Assembly (NCBI GenBank): GCA_019310425.1
Contig: JAFDEI010000007.1
Coordinates: 1 to 55,724 of the forward strand
Origin: Deltaproteobacteria bacterium
Lineage (GTDB): Bacteria; Myxococcota_A; UBA9160; SMWR01
Direction of reading: 5' to 3'
DNA length: 55,724 nt
In this document: positions 43,082-52,262 of the stretch, piece by piece
Position numbering within the stretch: position 1 is the stretch's first letter
Layout of the letters: each line of letters starts with the position of its first letter
Made by a program: the position numbers and the translations under genes
Notes under the pieces: model-generated
Database searches by the model: none
Seen by the model: the letters and a program-made list of their open reading frames with translations, nothing else
Told to the model about the DNA's origin: nothing

Positions 43082-44179
43082 ATGTCTGAACGGCTGCCGC
43101 CTTGCCCCCATCGACCGCCCTGCCCCGGCTGCCCACGCTACGGCGAGCGCGGGATCGCCGCACCCATCCGCGGCCGCCTAGCGGAGTTCGCGGCAGCGCA
43201 CGGCGTAACGCTCGAAGTCGTCGATGGTGCGCGACTCGGCTTCCGCCATCGTGCACGCCTCGCGATCCGTGGACGGGCGAACTCGCCGAAGATCGGAATC
43301 TTCCAGACCGGCACTCATCGCATCGCCGACATCCCGAACTGCCGCACCCACCATCCGCTCGTGAACCGAACCGCAGCGGCGCTCAAACAGGCAATCCGCG
43401 AAGCCGGCTGTTCGCCTTACGCCGACCGCCCGCACCGCGGTGATCTCCGCTACGTCCAGGTCGCGGTCAATTCCGACCAGTCCGACCCGCTCACGGCCGT
43501 TGCCGAAGCGCTGACTGCAGCAATGGGTGACGCGCTGCACAGTCTCTGGTGGAATGGCCAGCCCGAACGCAGCAATGCGATTCTCGGGCCTCACTGGAAA
43601 CGACTCTGCGGCGAAGAGGCCATCGAAGAACGCATCGGCGGCGTGTCGGTGTTCTTCCCGCCCGGTGCGTTCGGACAGAGCAACCTCGACCTCGCCGACG
43701 CGCTGGTCGAACGCGTGGCGAGCTGGATCCCGGACGGCGCGCGGGTCGCGGAGTTCTACGCCGGCTGCGGGGCGATCGGCCTCGGGCTGCTCCCGCGCAG
43801 CGTGGCGGTGACGTTCAACGAACGCAGTGAGCACGGCCTGCGCGGCCTCGAGCTCGGGCTGGCCCTGCGCCCTTCCGAAGAACGCGAACGCGCGCGCGTC
43901 GAAGCCGGGCCGGCCGGAGATTGCGTCGACGCGCTCGCCGGCGCCGACAGCGTGGTGGTCGATCCCCCACGCAAGGGCCTCGACCCGGCCCTGCTCGAGT
44001 CCCTCGTGCGCACGCCCCCTTCACGGCTGGCCTACGTGAGCTGCGACGTGGATTCGTTCGTTCGCGACGCAGAGCGACTGCTCGAGGATGGCCGCAACCG
44101 ACTGCGCGAACTCACCGCATTTGCACTGTTCCCGTACACCGAGCACACCGAAATTACGGCGCGGTTCGAGCCTTCCTAG
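43082..44179 (+). CDS. Class I SAM-dependent RNA (uracil-5-)-methyltransferase, TrmA/RlmD family
   Basis: 365 aa with an N-terminal Cys cluster CPHRPPCPGCPRYG, FGQSN, the SAM motif EFYAGCGAIGLGL, VVDPPRKGL, and the catalytic-Cys region YVSCD. Confidence 0.8.
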   Translation: MSERLPPCPHRPPCPGCPRYGERGIAAPIRGRLAEFAAAHGVTLEVVDGARLGFRHRARLAIRGRANSPKIGIFQTGTHRIADIPNCRTHHPLVNRTAAALKQAIREAGCSPYADRPHRGDLRYVQVAVNSDQSDPLTAVAEALTAAMGDALHSLWWNGQPERSNAILGPHWKRLCGEEAIEERIGGVSVFFPPGAFGQSNLDLADALVERVASWIPDGARVAEFYAGCGAIGLGLLPRSVAVTFNERSEHGLRGLELGLALRPSEERERARVEAGPAGDCVDALAGADSVVVDPPRKGLDPALLESLVRTPPSRLAYVSCDVDSFVRDAERLLEDGRNRLRELTAFALFPYTEHTEITARFEPS

Positions 44180-44251
44180 CGGGAAACGCCCGACACCGGC
44201 GAGCCAACGCGATAGTCTCTGTCCCCACCCCGAACCCCCACGCAGCTCCGC

Positions 44252-44722
44252 GTGCGGCCGATGGCGGCGATGACGACCTCACTGTTCAGCTACGGCACTC
44301 TCGAAATCCCCGAAGTCATGGCGACGGTGACGGGCCGGAAGTTCGCTTCGACCAGTGCAGTGCTACCCGATCACGCGCGCTTTCTGCTCCACGGCGAGAC
44401 CTACCCGGGTATCGTCCACAGCTACCGGGCCGAGGTCGAGGGCGTGCTCTACCAGGATGTCGATCGTGATTCGCTGGCTCTGCTCGATCTGTTCGAGGGC
44501 GAATTCTACCGCCGTGAAACAGTGCACGTCACGACGGCGTCGCAGCAGCGGGTCACAGCCGAAGCCTACCTCGTGCCGTCGGACCACGAGTTGCTGCTGT
44601 CGCAGCAGCCATGGGAGCGCAAACATTTCGTGGCGCAGCACCTGAGCGGCTTCCTTGCCTACTGCCGTACTTTCCACGGTGACCAGACTCGCCGCCTCGG
44701 CATGAATCAGAGCGCGCGCTGA
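44252..44722 (+). CDS. Gamma-glutamylcyclotransferase (AIG2-like) family protein
   Basis: LFSYGTLEIPEVM...YPGIV...EGVLY...LDLFEGEFYRRE is the typical GGCT/AIG2 pattern. The true start is probably ATG 44270. Confidence 0.75.
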   Translation: MRPMAAMTTSLFSYGTLEIPEVMATVTGRKFASTSAVLPDHARFLLHGETYPGIVHSYRAEVEGVLYQDVDRDSLALLDLFEGEFYRRETVHVTTASQQRVTAEAYLVPSDHELLLSQQPWERKHFVAQHLSGFLAYCRTFHGDQTRRLGMNQSAR

Positions 44723-44726
44723 CCCG

Positions 44727-45281
44727 GTGACCGATTTCCGCGCTCGGCGACGAACGGAACGACACCCGCACCGCCCGGACCTCGGCAGCGTGTGGAGCTG
44801 TGTACTCGCGCTCGCCCTGTTCTGTGCCTTCAGTTCGGGTTGCGCCGGAACCAAGCGCGCCCGCGGTCCCTATCTAGACCAAGTCGAGGCGAACGCCACC
44901 GCACTCGACCACCTCGAATTCGGAATGACGCGGGCCGAAAGTGCTGCGATCATGGGCGAGCAAGTTGTCCTCCCCCCGTGGGCCAACGATCGTGGGATCG
45001 GGCCACAGGTCGTGCGCAATCCGTTCGACAGCACGACTTTCGAATCTCCCAGCGGCGAGGTCTACCAGGTCGACCGCTACGCGGTTGAGCTCTTCGGCCA
45101 ATCCGGCTGTCCCTTCATCCGCGGAGAGGCCCAGCTGGTTCCGCTGATCTTCCTCGATGACGAGCTCGTCGGCTGGCGCTGGTCGTACTTGGCGAGCGTA
45201 TTGCAACATTCGATTCAGGCCGACGTGAAGAGCTGGAGCTTCGGCCAATTCTGCGGCCAGGCCTCCGGATCTCCGGACTGA
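44727..45281 (+). CDS. Hypothetical lipoprotein
   Basis: It has the lipobox FSSGC after a hydrophobic stretch (VLALALFCAFSSGCAG). The more likely start is GTG 44790. I recognise no family. Confidence 0.55.
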   Translation: MTDFRARRRTERHPHRPDLGSVWSCVLALALFCAFSSGCAGTKRARGPYLDQVEANATALDHLEFGMTRAESAAIMGEQVVLPPWANDRGIGPQVVRNPFDSTTFESPSGEVYQVDRYAVELFGQSGCPFIRGEAQLVPLIFLDDELVGWRWSYLASVLQHSIQADVKSWSFGQFCGQASGSPD

Positions 45282-45462
45282 TCCCCAGCGATGTCTTTCG
45301 CTCGAAACCGCGTCGGCGAGAGGCTCTGGAACGAACCACCCCCCTTTCGTGCAATCACGGCATGGGTTTCCCGATCGGAACCGGGTTCGGCGGTGTCCCA
45401 GATTGCAGGGATGGGAACCCCGGAAACCTCATCGAGCGAGTCCGCACGAATCGGCTGTGTGG

Positions 45463-46644
45463 ATGACACCGAGTAGCGCGCGCGGACTGCGAGTGATCGC
45501 GTTGTCTGCCTGCGCGGCCGGTGGGCTGCTCTGGGTCACGAACCGCGAACCAGAGCCGCACGGACCGCACACTGCGATAGATCGCACCGATGCAGCCGCA
45601 CCAAGATCCATCGCGGGCCCCCCGCAATTCGGGAACGAGCCGGTACCCCTGCCTGCGGATTTCGGTGGTGACTACGGCCGATCCGCACGGACGATCTCTG
45701 CGGACGAGGCGCGCGCCCACTTCGCGATCGGCGCCGAGCTGCTGAACCTCGGCGACTACTATACGGCCGCGAGTCACCTCGCGATCGCCCGCGACGGCCT
45801 CGGCGACCAGGCGGCAGTCTGCCAAATGCTCGCGATCACCTACGACCGGCTCAACATGGCGAGCGACCTGCTCGACGTCATGCCATGTCTCGAAGATGCC
45901 GCAGACGAATCCGAGGCGGCCGCGCGACTCTACAACCGCCTGGCAAAGCAGCTCGACGTAGAGGTCGAGTTCCAGGCTGCTGCGAGTGACCATTTCGTCG
46001 CGAGTTTTCCGGTGTCCGGAACCTCGAGCGAGGAGATCGGCCCGGTCCTCGACCTGCTCGAACGTGCTCGCGATCGGGTCCGCCGAGATCTCGGTCTCGG
46101 CTCGATGCGTCTGGTTCCGGTCGTCGTCTACGGGCATGGCCAGTTCGAGGCCGCAACCGACAAACCCCACTGGGTATCGGGGCTCTACGACGGCAAGATC
46201 CGCATGTCGATCGAGACCTATCGCAACCAGCCCGACTTCTTCGAGACCGCGCTGACGCATGAATACGTCCACGCCCTCACGCACGAATACACCGGGACAC
46301 GCCTGCCGTCATGGTTTCGCGAGGGTCTCGCCGACGGGCTGGCACGAAACGGCGCCGACCGCGCGATCCACTACCAACCGCACCCCGAAGTCGGAAGAAT
46401 TCTCGGGATCGATGAACTGAACAGCAGCTTCATGGGCCTGCCGGAACACCTCGCGCGCGCAGCCTACCGGCAATCGCACGCGATGGCGCTCGGCCTCGTG
46501 AGGGAATCCGGCTGGGACGCGCTCCACGACCTGATCCTCGACCTGCACGACGACCGCGCGCTCAGCTTCGACGAGGCGTTCTACGGCCTGTTCGGAGAGA
46601 CTCCGGCCGACTACCTCGACCGCTGGTACACGACCACCCGCTGA
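45463..46644 (+). CDS. Putative secreted/anchored zinc metallopeptidase (HExxH)
   Basis: 393 aa from ATG 45463 with an N-terminal hydrophobic segment (LRVIALSACAAGGLLWV), a TPR-like helical region, and ALTHEYVHALTHEY (HExxH), followed downstream by REGLADG. Confidence 0.55.
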   Translation: MTPSSARGLRVIALSACAAGGLLWVTNREPEPHGPHTAIDRTDAAAPRSIAGPPQFGNEPVPLPADFGGDYGRSARTISADEARAHFAIGAELLNLGDYYTAASHLAIARDGLGDQAAVCQMLAITYDRLNMASDLLDVMPCLEDAADESEAAARLYNRLAKQLDVEVEFQAAASDHFVASFPVSGTSSEEIGPVLDLLERARDRVRRDLGLGSMRLVPVVVYGHGQFEAATDKPHWVSGLYDGKIRMSIETYRNQPDFFETALTHEYVHALTHEYTGTRLPSWFREGLADGLARNGADRAIHYQPHPEVGRILGIDELNSSFMGLPEHLARAAYRQSHAMALGLVRESGWDALHDLILDLHDDRALSFDEAFYGLFGETPADYLDRWYTTTR

Positions 46645-46656
46645 CCACCACAAGAC

Positions 46657-47547
46657 CTATTCGGCGAGAAAAGTCCGAACCTCGCGCAGGAAGACATCGA
46701 GGCGGTCGTGATGCACCCAGTGTCCGGCTTCGGGCACGTTCACCAGCCGTGCGTTGGGGAATGCGGCCATGCGGCCGTCGATCGCAGGGTCGCTCGCCCA
46801 GCTCTCGGCCCCGCGCATCAACAGCGTCGGACAGGTGATACGCCCCCATAGCCGCCGCATCTGCTCACTGTCCCATCGCTGCGGATAGAAGATGCGCGTG
46901 TAGTTGTCGAACTTCCAACTGAAGGTTCCATCCTCGTTACGCGCAACGCCGTGGACGGTCAGGTGATTCGCCTGTTCGCGCGAAAGGAAGGAGTTTTCCT
47001 CGAGCATGCGCTGGGCAGCGGCTTCGATCGACGGATAGCGGCGAGGCTGACGCCCCGAGAACTCGCGCACCTGATCGATCCACTCGAGACTCCGATCCCA
47101 GATCTTTGCGCTCTCGAGTTCCCTGGCGAGCTGCGGCGCGGGGCCGAGCCCCTCGATCGCGATCAGCTTCTTCACGCGATCGGGAAACAGCGCGGCGTAG
47201 TGGATCGAGACCGCACCGCCGAGAGAATGACCGATGATCGTGACCGGGAAGTCGTCGAGTGCCTCCAGCAGCCGGGCGATGTCGAGCACGAACTCGTGGA
47301 TCGTGTAATGGCCGCCCGACACCCAGCTGCTGTCGCCGTGGCCACGCAGGTCGGGGGCGATCAGGTGGTAGTCGCGACGCAAGTCGCGCGCGACCCAGTC
47401 CCAGCTGCGCGCGTGGTCGCGACCGCCGTGAATCAGCAGCAGCAGCGGCTTGCCCGGGTTTCCCCAGTCGACGTAGTGGAGCCTCAAGCGCTGCGAGACG
47501 TAGTAGCTCGACGCAGGGCCGATGATCTCTGCGTTTCGGACCGGCAT
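46657..47547 (-). CDS. Alpha/beta-fold hydrolase
   Basis: 296 aa with the oxyanion motif LLLIHGG, the nucleophile elbow GHSLGG, and a C-terminal GHWVHHD. Confidence 0.85.
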   Translation of the reverse strand: MPVRNAEIIGPASSYYVSQRLRLHYVDWGNPGKPLLLLIHGGRDHARSWDWVARDLRRDYHLIAPDLRGHGDSSWVSGGHYTIHEFVLDIARLLEALDDFPVTIIGHSLGGAVSIHYAALFPDRVKKLIAIEGLGPAPQLARELESAKIWDRSLEWIDQVREFSGRQPRRYPSIEAAAQRMLEENSFLSREQANHLTVHGVARNEDGTFSWKFDNYTRIFYPQRWDSEQMRRLWGRITCPTLLMRGAESWASDPAIDGRMAAFPNARLVNVPEAGHWVHHDRLDVFLREVRTFLAE

Positions 47548-47640
47548 CAGAGTTCGACACTAGCAGAATGGCAACACCCCTCGGGGGACACAAGGCTGAA
47601 GATGGCTTGGATCGGCGATTTCGAAGCCACTGAAACCCAT

Positions 47641-47820
47641 CAACTTGGAGTTTCAGACTTATCTCCTAATTTCATAATAGGATTTGTCAATATATGTCAG
47701 ATTAAGGAGATTATTCTTCATCTTGAACTCGGTTGACTCAAGTCCAGTGCCGAATTGATGAATAAATTGAAATATCTGGACTATTTCGGTCTTATGAGTA
47801 CACTCATATTCTCGAAAATG
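47641..47820 (+). promoter_or_regulatory. 34% GC island in the ilvBN upstream region (promoter/leader candidate)
   Basis: Hand count gives 61 G+C in 180 nt, against about 65% for the flanks. It contains TTGACT/TTGACA-like hexamers, a 7-bp inverted repeat agtccag(47741..47747)/ctggact(47776..47782), tatgagt-ac-actcata (around 47791..47806), and two small ORFs. Confidence 0.5.
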
Positions 47821-47858
47821 CGCATCTCTCTTGACAGAACGGCATTTGGAGCTTGAGC

Positions 47859-49574
47859 ATGGAACAAAATCATCCGACAGGTGGCGAAAGACTGATCCAA
47901 TGCCTGGAGCGAGAAGGTGTAGAGTACATTTTCGGGCTATCGGGCGGCGCTGCAATGCCGATCTTCGACGCACTACTCGATTCGAAGATCAAACTGATCC
48001 TGGTCCGCCACGAGCAGGGCGCGACCCACATGGCCGACGGCTACGCGCGCTCGACCGGAAGACCCGGCGTGGTCCTGGTGACCTCGGGACCCGGCGCAAC
48101 CAACACCGTCACCGGTCTCTTCACCGCACTCATGGACTCCGCGCCCATCATCGTGATCACGGGCCAGACGATCTCACCCATGCTGGGCAAGGACGCCTTC
48201 CAGGAAGCCGACGTCACCGGCATTACCTACCCGGTCGTCAAGCACTCCTACCTCGTAAAGGACTCCAACGATATTCCACGGGTGATGCGCGAAGCATTCC
48301 AGATCGCCACCTCGGGTCGCCCCGGCCCCGTCCTGATCGACGTGCCGAAGGATGTCGGACAGGGTCCCTGCTCGGCGCCCTTCACCGACGAGGTCGACCT
48401 GCCCGGCTACGTGGTGGCGTCCCGCGGCAAGGCGGAGAACATCGAGGAGGCCGCTCGTTTTCTCAACCAGGCGAAACGGCCGGTGCTCTACGTGGGTCAC
48501 GGCGCAGTGATCTCCGGCGCGAGCAAGGCGATAACGACACTCGCCGAGAAGCTGCGCGCGCCGGTAGTGACGACACTCCTCGGCAAGGGTGCGGTCGACG
48601 AAACCCACCCTCTCCACCTCGGCATGATGGGAATGCACGGCACCGCCTACGCGAACAAGGCCGTCGCGGATTGCGACCTGATCATGTCGATCGGTGGGCG
48701 CTGGGACGATCGCATCACCGGCCGTCTCTCGGACTTCTGCACCAACGCGGTGAAGATCCACATCGACATCGACGAGTCCGAGTTCGGCAAGATCGTGCAA
48801 CCCGACCTCGCGATCCACGGCGATGCGCGGCTCGTGATCGAGGACCTGATCCCGCAAGTCGAGATGGCGGACACCGCAGATTGGCTCGCACGCTGCGATC
48901 GCTGGCGGAAGAAGTACCCGCTCAAGTACCGGAAGCAGGGCGGCCTGCGTGCACAGCACGTGCTCGATCGGCTCGATGCCATCACGGCGGGAGAAGCGAT
49001 CATCACGACCGATGTCGGCCAGCACCAGATGTGGGCCGCGCAGTTCCTGCGGGTGCGTTCGAACCGCCACTGGCTATCGAGCGGCGGGGCCGGGACGATG
49101 GGCTTCGGCTGGCCGTCCGCGATCGGAGCGCAATTCGGCAACCCCGACAAGAAGGTCTGGACCGTGGTGGGCGACGGCGGCTTCCAGATGACGTCATGCG
49201 AACTCGCCACCGCACAGATCCACAAGCTGCCCGCGAAGTGTCTGATCATCAACAACAACTTCCTGGGAATGATCCGGCAGTGGCAGGAGATGTTCTACGA
49301 CAACCGGCTCTCGGGCTCAGACCTCGAGGGCAATCCCGACTTCGTGAAGCTCGCGCAGGCCTACGGTGTGAAGGCTTGGCGCATCCGCCGGCCCGCCGAC
49401 ATCGATCGGATCCTCGAGCAAGCGCACGCATATGATGCGGGGCCGTGCGTCGTGGTCGCGGAAGTCGTGAAGGAAGACAACGTCTTCCCGATGATCCCGG
49501 CCGGCGCGTCCGTGGCCGAGATGTTGGTCGAGAAACCGAAGAAGAAGCTCGACAAGCCCGAAGGGAGCACCTGA
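47859..49574 (+). CDS. ilvB: Acetolactate synthase large subunit
   Basis: ThDP enzyme: GGERLIQCLEREGVEYIFGLSGGA, HEQGATHMADGYAR, GPGATN, and the ThDP motif GDGGFQM...NN. I set the start at ATG 47859 (GGAG 7 nt upstream) rather than TTG 47853. Confidence 0.93.
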   Translation: MEQNHPTGGERLIQCLEREGVEYIFGLSGGAAMPIFDALLDSKIKLILVRHEQGATHMADGYARSTGRPGVVLVTSGPGATNTVTGLFTALMDSAPIIVITGQTISPMLGKDAFQEADVTGITYPVVKHSYLVKDSNDIPRVMREAFQIATSGRPGPVLIDVPKDVGQGPCSAPFTDEVDLPGYVVASRGKAENIEEAARFLNQAKRPVLYVGHGAVISGASKAITTLAEKLRAPVVTTLLGKGAVDETHPLHLGMMGMHGTAYANKAVADCDLIMSIGGRWDDRITGRLSDFCTNAVKIHIDIDESEFGKIVQPDLAIHGDARLVIEDLIPQVEMADTADWLARCDRWRKKYPLKYRKQGGLRAQHVLDRLDAITAGEAIITTDVGQHQMWAAQFLRVRSNRHWLSSGGAGTMGFGWPSAIGAQFGNPDKKVWTVVGDGGFQMTSCELATAQIHKLPAKCLIINNNFLGMIRQWQEMFYDNRLSGSDLEGNPDFVKLAQAYGVKAWRIRRPADIDRILEQAHAYDAGPCVVVAEVVKEDNVFPMIPAGASVAEMLVEKPKKKLDKPEGST

Positions 49575-49575
49575 A

Positions 49576-50100
49576 ATGAGCGCTGTCACCCCGCTCGAAC
49601 CCGCTGTGGTTCAACCGACCCACACGATTTCACTCTTCGTGAACAACAAGCCCGGTGTGCTCGTCCGGGTCTCGCTGGTGTTCTCGCGCCGCGCCTTCAA
49701 CATCGAGAGCCTGGTCGTGAGCCCGGCAGCCGAAGGACGCTTCTCGCGGATGACGATCACCTGCTCGGGCGACCCAGACATCCTGGGACAGGTCGTCAAG
49801 CAGCTCGCGAAGCTCGTCGACGTCGTTCACGCGACCGACCACACCGGCGATCAGGCCTACGAGACGGAGATCGCGCTGCTGAAGCTCGAGTGCCCACTCG
49901 ATGAACGCACGCATATCCTGCAGGTGGCCGAGCACTACAAGGCACGCGTGGTCGACTTCGGTGCGGAATCGCTGATCCTGCAGATCTACGGTTCGAGCGA
50001 AAAACTCGATGCCTTCACCGACCTGCTGCGACCCTTCGGCGTCGCCGAGCTGGTCCGGTCCGGAAAGTTGCTGATGGCGCGCGGCAAGCGGATGACGTGA
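49576..50100 (+). CDS. ilvN: Acetolactate synthase small (regulatory) subunit
   Basis: 174 aa with the ACT domain HTISLFVNNKPGVLVRVSLVFSRRAFNIESL. The ATG lies 1 nt after the ilvB stop. Confidence 0.92.
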   Translation: MSAVTPLEPAVVQPTHTISLFVNNKPGVLVRVSLVFSRRAFNIESLVVSPAAEGRFSRMTITCSGDPDILGQVVKQLAKLVDVVHATDHTGDQAYETEIALLKLECPLDERTHILQVAEHYKARVVDFGAESLILQIYGSSEKLDAFTDLLRPFGVAELVRSGKLLMARGKRMT

Positions 50101-50278
50101 AGCCGGAGGGAGAACACCATGGCCGGGACCCCGAAGGATGTCGTGCGTTACGAAGAAGGCGACGACATCGCGATCATCACGTTGGCGCAGTTTGCCCCAC
50201 CCGTCCCCACGTTCTGAGAGGATGGCCTCAAGTGGGCGGCTCCGCGGTAGCCGCACGCCACGACCGCTGTCAAGAATC

Positions 50279-50295
50279 CCGGCACAGATCTTGCA
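50279..50295 (+). promoter_or_regulatory. Sigma-54 (-24/-12) promoter candidate for the cytochrome c' gene
   Basis: CCGGCACAGATCTTGCA against the consensus TGGCAC-N5-TTGCA. GG is at 50281-82 and GC at 50293-94, which is the exact canonical spacing. It lies about 70 nt upstream of ATG 50366. rpoN and an EBP are encoded in the same window. Confidence 0.6.
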
Positions 50296-50365
50296 CACTT
50301 ATGTGTCTTGGTTGGGGCGCTCCCGCAGACCGTGGGGACGCGCGCTCTGGCCGAGGAGGGAAGTC

Positions 50366-50830
50366 ATGGGCCGAAGACGCATTGCCCTTGCCTTGGCGGG
50401 AAGCCTCGCCGCAATGGGAATCGGCGCCGCCGGGTTCGCCGCCGACGATCAGGCAACGATCAAGAACATCATGGGAGAGAACTTCGCAGTCCTGCAGACC
50501 ATTCTCGCCGCGCTCATCACCTCGAACTACGACGCCGTGCCCGAGCATGTCGAACTCATCGAACAACACGCCGTTGAACTGACAAGAATGCCGCCCGAGA
50601 GCGATGAGGCCGATCGCAAGCAGTTCATGCTTTACGCCTACAGCCTGCAGGGACACGCGATAGACGTGAATTCGATCGTCGAGATGCTCATCGAGCACGA
50701 CAAGGCGAAGAAGAACGGTGAGGCGTTGAACAACGATCACCTGCGCGAGGCGTTGGCTGCCCACTACGGCGGGATGGTGACCACCTGCGTGGCCTGCCAC
50801 AATCGCTTCCGGCAGACGGTGGTCGAGTAG
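50366..50830 (+). CDS. Cytochrome c' / class II c-type cytochrome
   Basis: 154 aa from ATG 50366 (GAGGAGGG upstream). It has signal peptide MGRRRIALALAGSLAAMGIGAAGFA, a helical body, and a single C-terminal haem motif CVACHNRF. Confidence 0.75.
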   Translation: MGRRRIALALAGSLAAMGIGAAGFAADDQATIKNIMGENFAVLQTILAALITSNYDAVPEHVELIEQHAVELTRMPPESDEADRKQFMLYAYSLQGHAIDVNSIVEMLIEHDKAKKNGEALNNDHLREALAAHYGGMVTTCVACHNRFRQTVVE

Positions 50831-50949
50831 ATTCACGACCAATCCGCAATCGTCGCGAACGAGCTGGATGGACGCCGGGGCAGATCGTCCGCACTCCACC
50901 GGCATGCACGACAGCGCGGTTGCCGAGCGGGGTCAGCGACCCACCCCGG

Positions 50950-51804
50950 TCACGGCACGGTAGGCGACGCCCGATCCGGCTGCTGCTCGGGATTCGCCCG
51001 CCGCCTGACACGAATCTCGTCACGCTTGGCCTTCATCAGCCCGAGCACCGCGGTAGTCTCCGCATCGATCACGTCGAGGTCGAAGGTGTGCCACGTCACG
51101 GAGAGCTTCCGCAGCTTCGGATCGAGGGCTGAGAAGAATGCCTGCGCCTCTTCGGGCTCGGCCCGGATCGTGATGTAGCGGTAGAACCGCTGGATCGACA
51201 GGAAACGATTCAGGATTTTCCGAGCCTTCTCGGGATTCTCGGGTTGATTGTCGCTCTCCGCGTTGTGACAACGCGCGCAGGCCTCGGCCACGGTGTTGAC
51301 ATTCAAGACCGCGGAGTCGATGGATCCGTGGCAAGTGACACAGGTCGGCCCCTGCTCTTCGCCCTTCTTCTTCTCGACGTGCTCGAAGTGCTGGCTCTCG
51401 CTGAATCCCTCCAGGATCTCTTCGTGGCAGGTTCCACAGGTGTCCGGGACGTTCTTGAAGTAGATGCCACTGGCGGGATCGGATGCCCGCACGCCGTCCG
51501 CGTGCGCCGTTTCCTTGTCTACCGCCCGTGCATTGCCACCGTGGCAATCGTCGCACGACACATCCTCGAGCTGGTGAACCGAACCGCTCCACTGCTGGTA
51601 GTAATCGTAGAGCTGGTTGTTGGTCACGAGGAAGTCGGGGTTGCGATGGCAATCCTCACAAGTGTTCTCGGCCGGAGAGGCTGCAGATTCGGGCGGAGCC
51701 GCCGCGGCTTCGGGGGGTGCGAGCAGAACGAAGGCCAAAGGCGTCCACGCCAGCATTCGGACGCGCCATCCCGCGCGCAGCAGATCGGACCTATCGAAAC
51801 TCAT
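50950..51804 (-). CDS. Pentahaem c-type cytochrome
   Basis: It has five CxxCH motifs (CEDCH, CDDCH, CGTCH, CVTCH, CARCH) and a signal-like N-terminus (MLAWTPLAFVLLAPPEAAAA). I set the start at ATG 51804 (GGGAGG 5 nt upstream). Confidence 0.85.
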   Translation of the reverse strand: MSFDRSDLLRAGWRVRMLAWTPLAFVLLAPPEAAAAPPESAASPAENTCEDCHRNPDFLVTNNQLYDYYQQWSGSVHQLEDVSCDDCHGGNARAVDKETAHADGVRASDPASGIYFKNVPDTCGTCHEEILEGFSESQHFEHVEKKKGEEQGPTCVTCHGSIDSAVLNVNTVAEACARCHNAESDNQPENPEKARKILNRFLSIQRFYRYITIRAEPEEAQAFFSALDPKLRKLSVTWHTFDLDVIDAETTAVLGLMKAKRDEIRVRRRANPEQQPDRASPTVP

Positions 51805-52007
51805 CACGCCTCCCATGCCAACCAGAACTCTCGTCCGGCCGTTCACCAGCCATATTCGTCGTTAGTCGGCTCTCATGCCGCGGCGTGCTGCGCGGATCCC
51901 AAGCGCCCGTCCGACCACCACGTCGCGGCAATCGATCCTACGCTAGCATCGAGATCGTGCCTCTTGCAGACCGACGGTATTTTGCCCGACAGATGAACCG
52001 TCCAATT

Positions 52008-52033
52008 GCATTCGAAGTCGGCATTCGAAGTCG
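52008..52033. repeat. Perfect tandem duplication of a 13-bp unit (gcattcgaagtcg x2)
   Basis: 52008..52020 is identical to 52021..52033, and each unit contains the palindrome ttcgaa. It lies in the 458-bp gap between the activator gene and the pentahaem cytochrome gene. Confidence 0.9.
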
Positions 52034-52262
52034 GCTCGCACCTCGGTCATCTTGATCTCCATGTGAGGCCAGCCATGGGCGGTTGCACCACCGCTGGTGT
52101 ATCGCGTTCGGCGAACACCCGACCAGTCCCGAGAATTCATATGGTTCGATGTGTCGAACTGTGCCCCGACAGGAGATTGCGGTAGGGCAAATTGCCACAC
52201 CGCCCTGTGGGCGCGCGGCTGGGCCATTGGGTATCGCCAGGCTCTGCGAAGCGTGACCTGCC

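Noticed and set aside
47831-47858. TTGACA at 47831 as the ilvB -35 box
   Set aside because: The hexamer 17 nt downstream (tgagca) is a poor -10, and transcription from there would remove the Shine-Dalgarno sequence. It is kept only as part of the AT-rich regulatory-region observation.
51885-51903. Minus-strand sigma-54-like element TTGGGATCCGCGCAGCA upstream of the pentahaem cytochrome gene
   Set aside because: Only the GG and GC dinucleotides and their spacing match. The flanking consensus positions (C4, C6, T12, T13) are all wrong, so the match is expected by chance in GC-rich DNA.
51920-51945. Minus-strand GAGGCACGATCTCGATGCT as a sigma-54 promoter
   Set aside because: It has a good -24 half (GGCACG), but the GC of the -12 element is 3 nt too far away.
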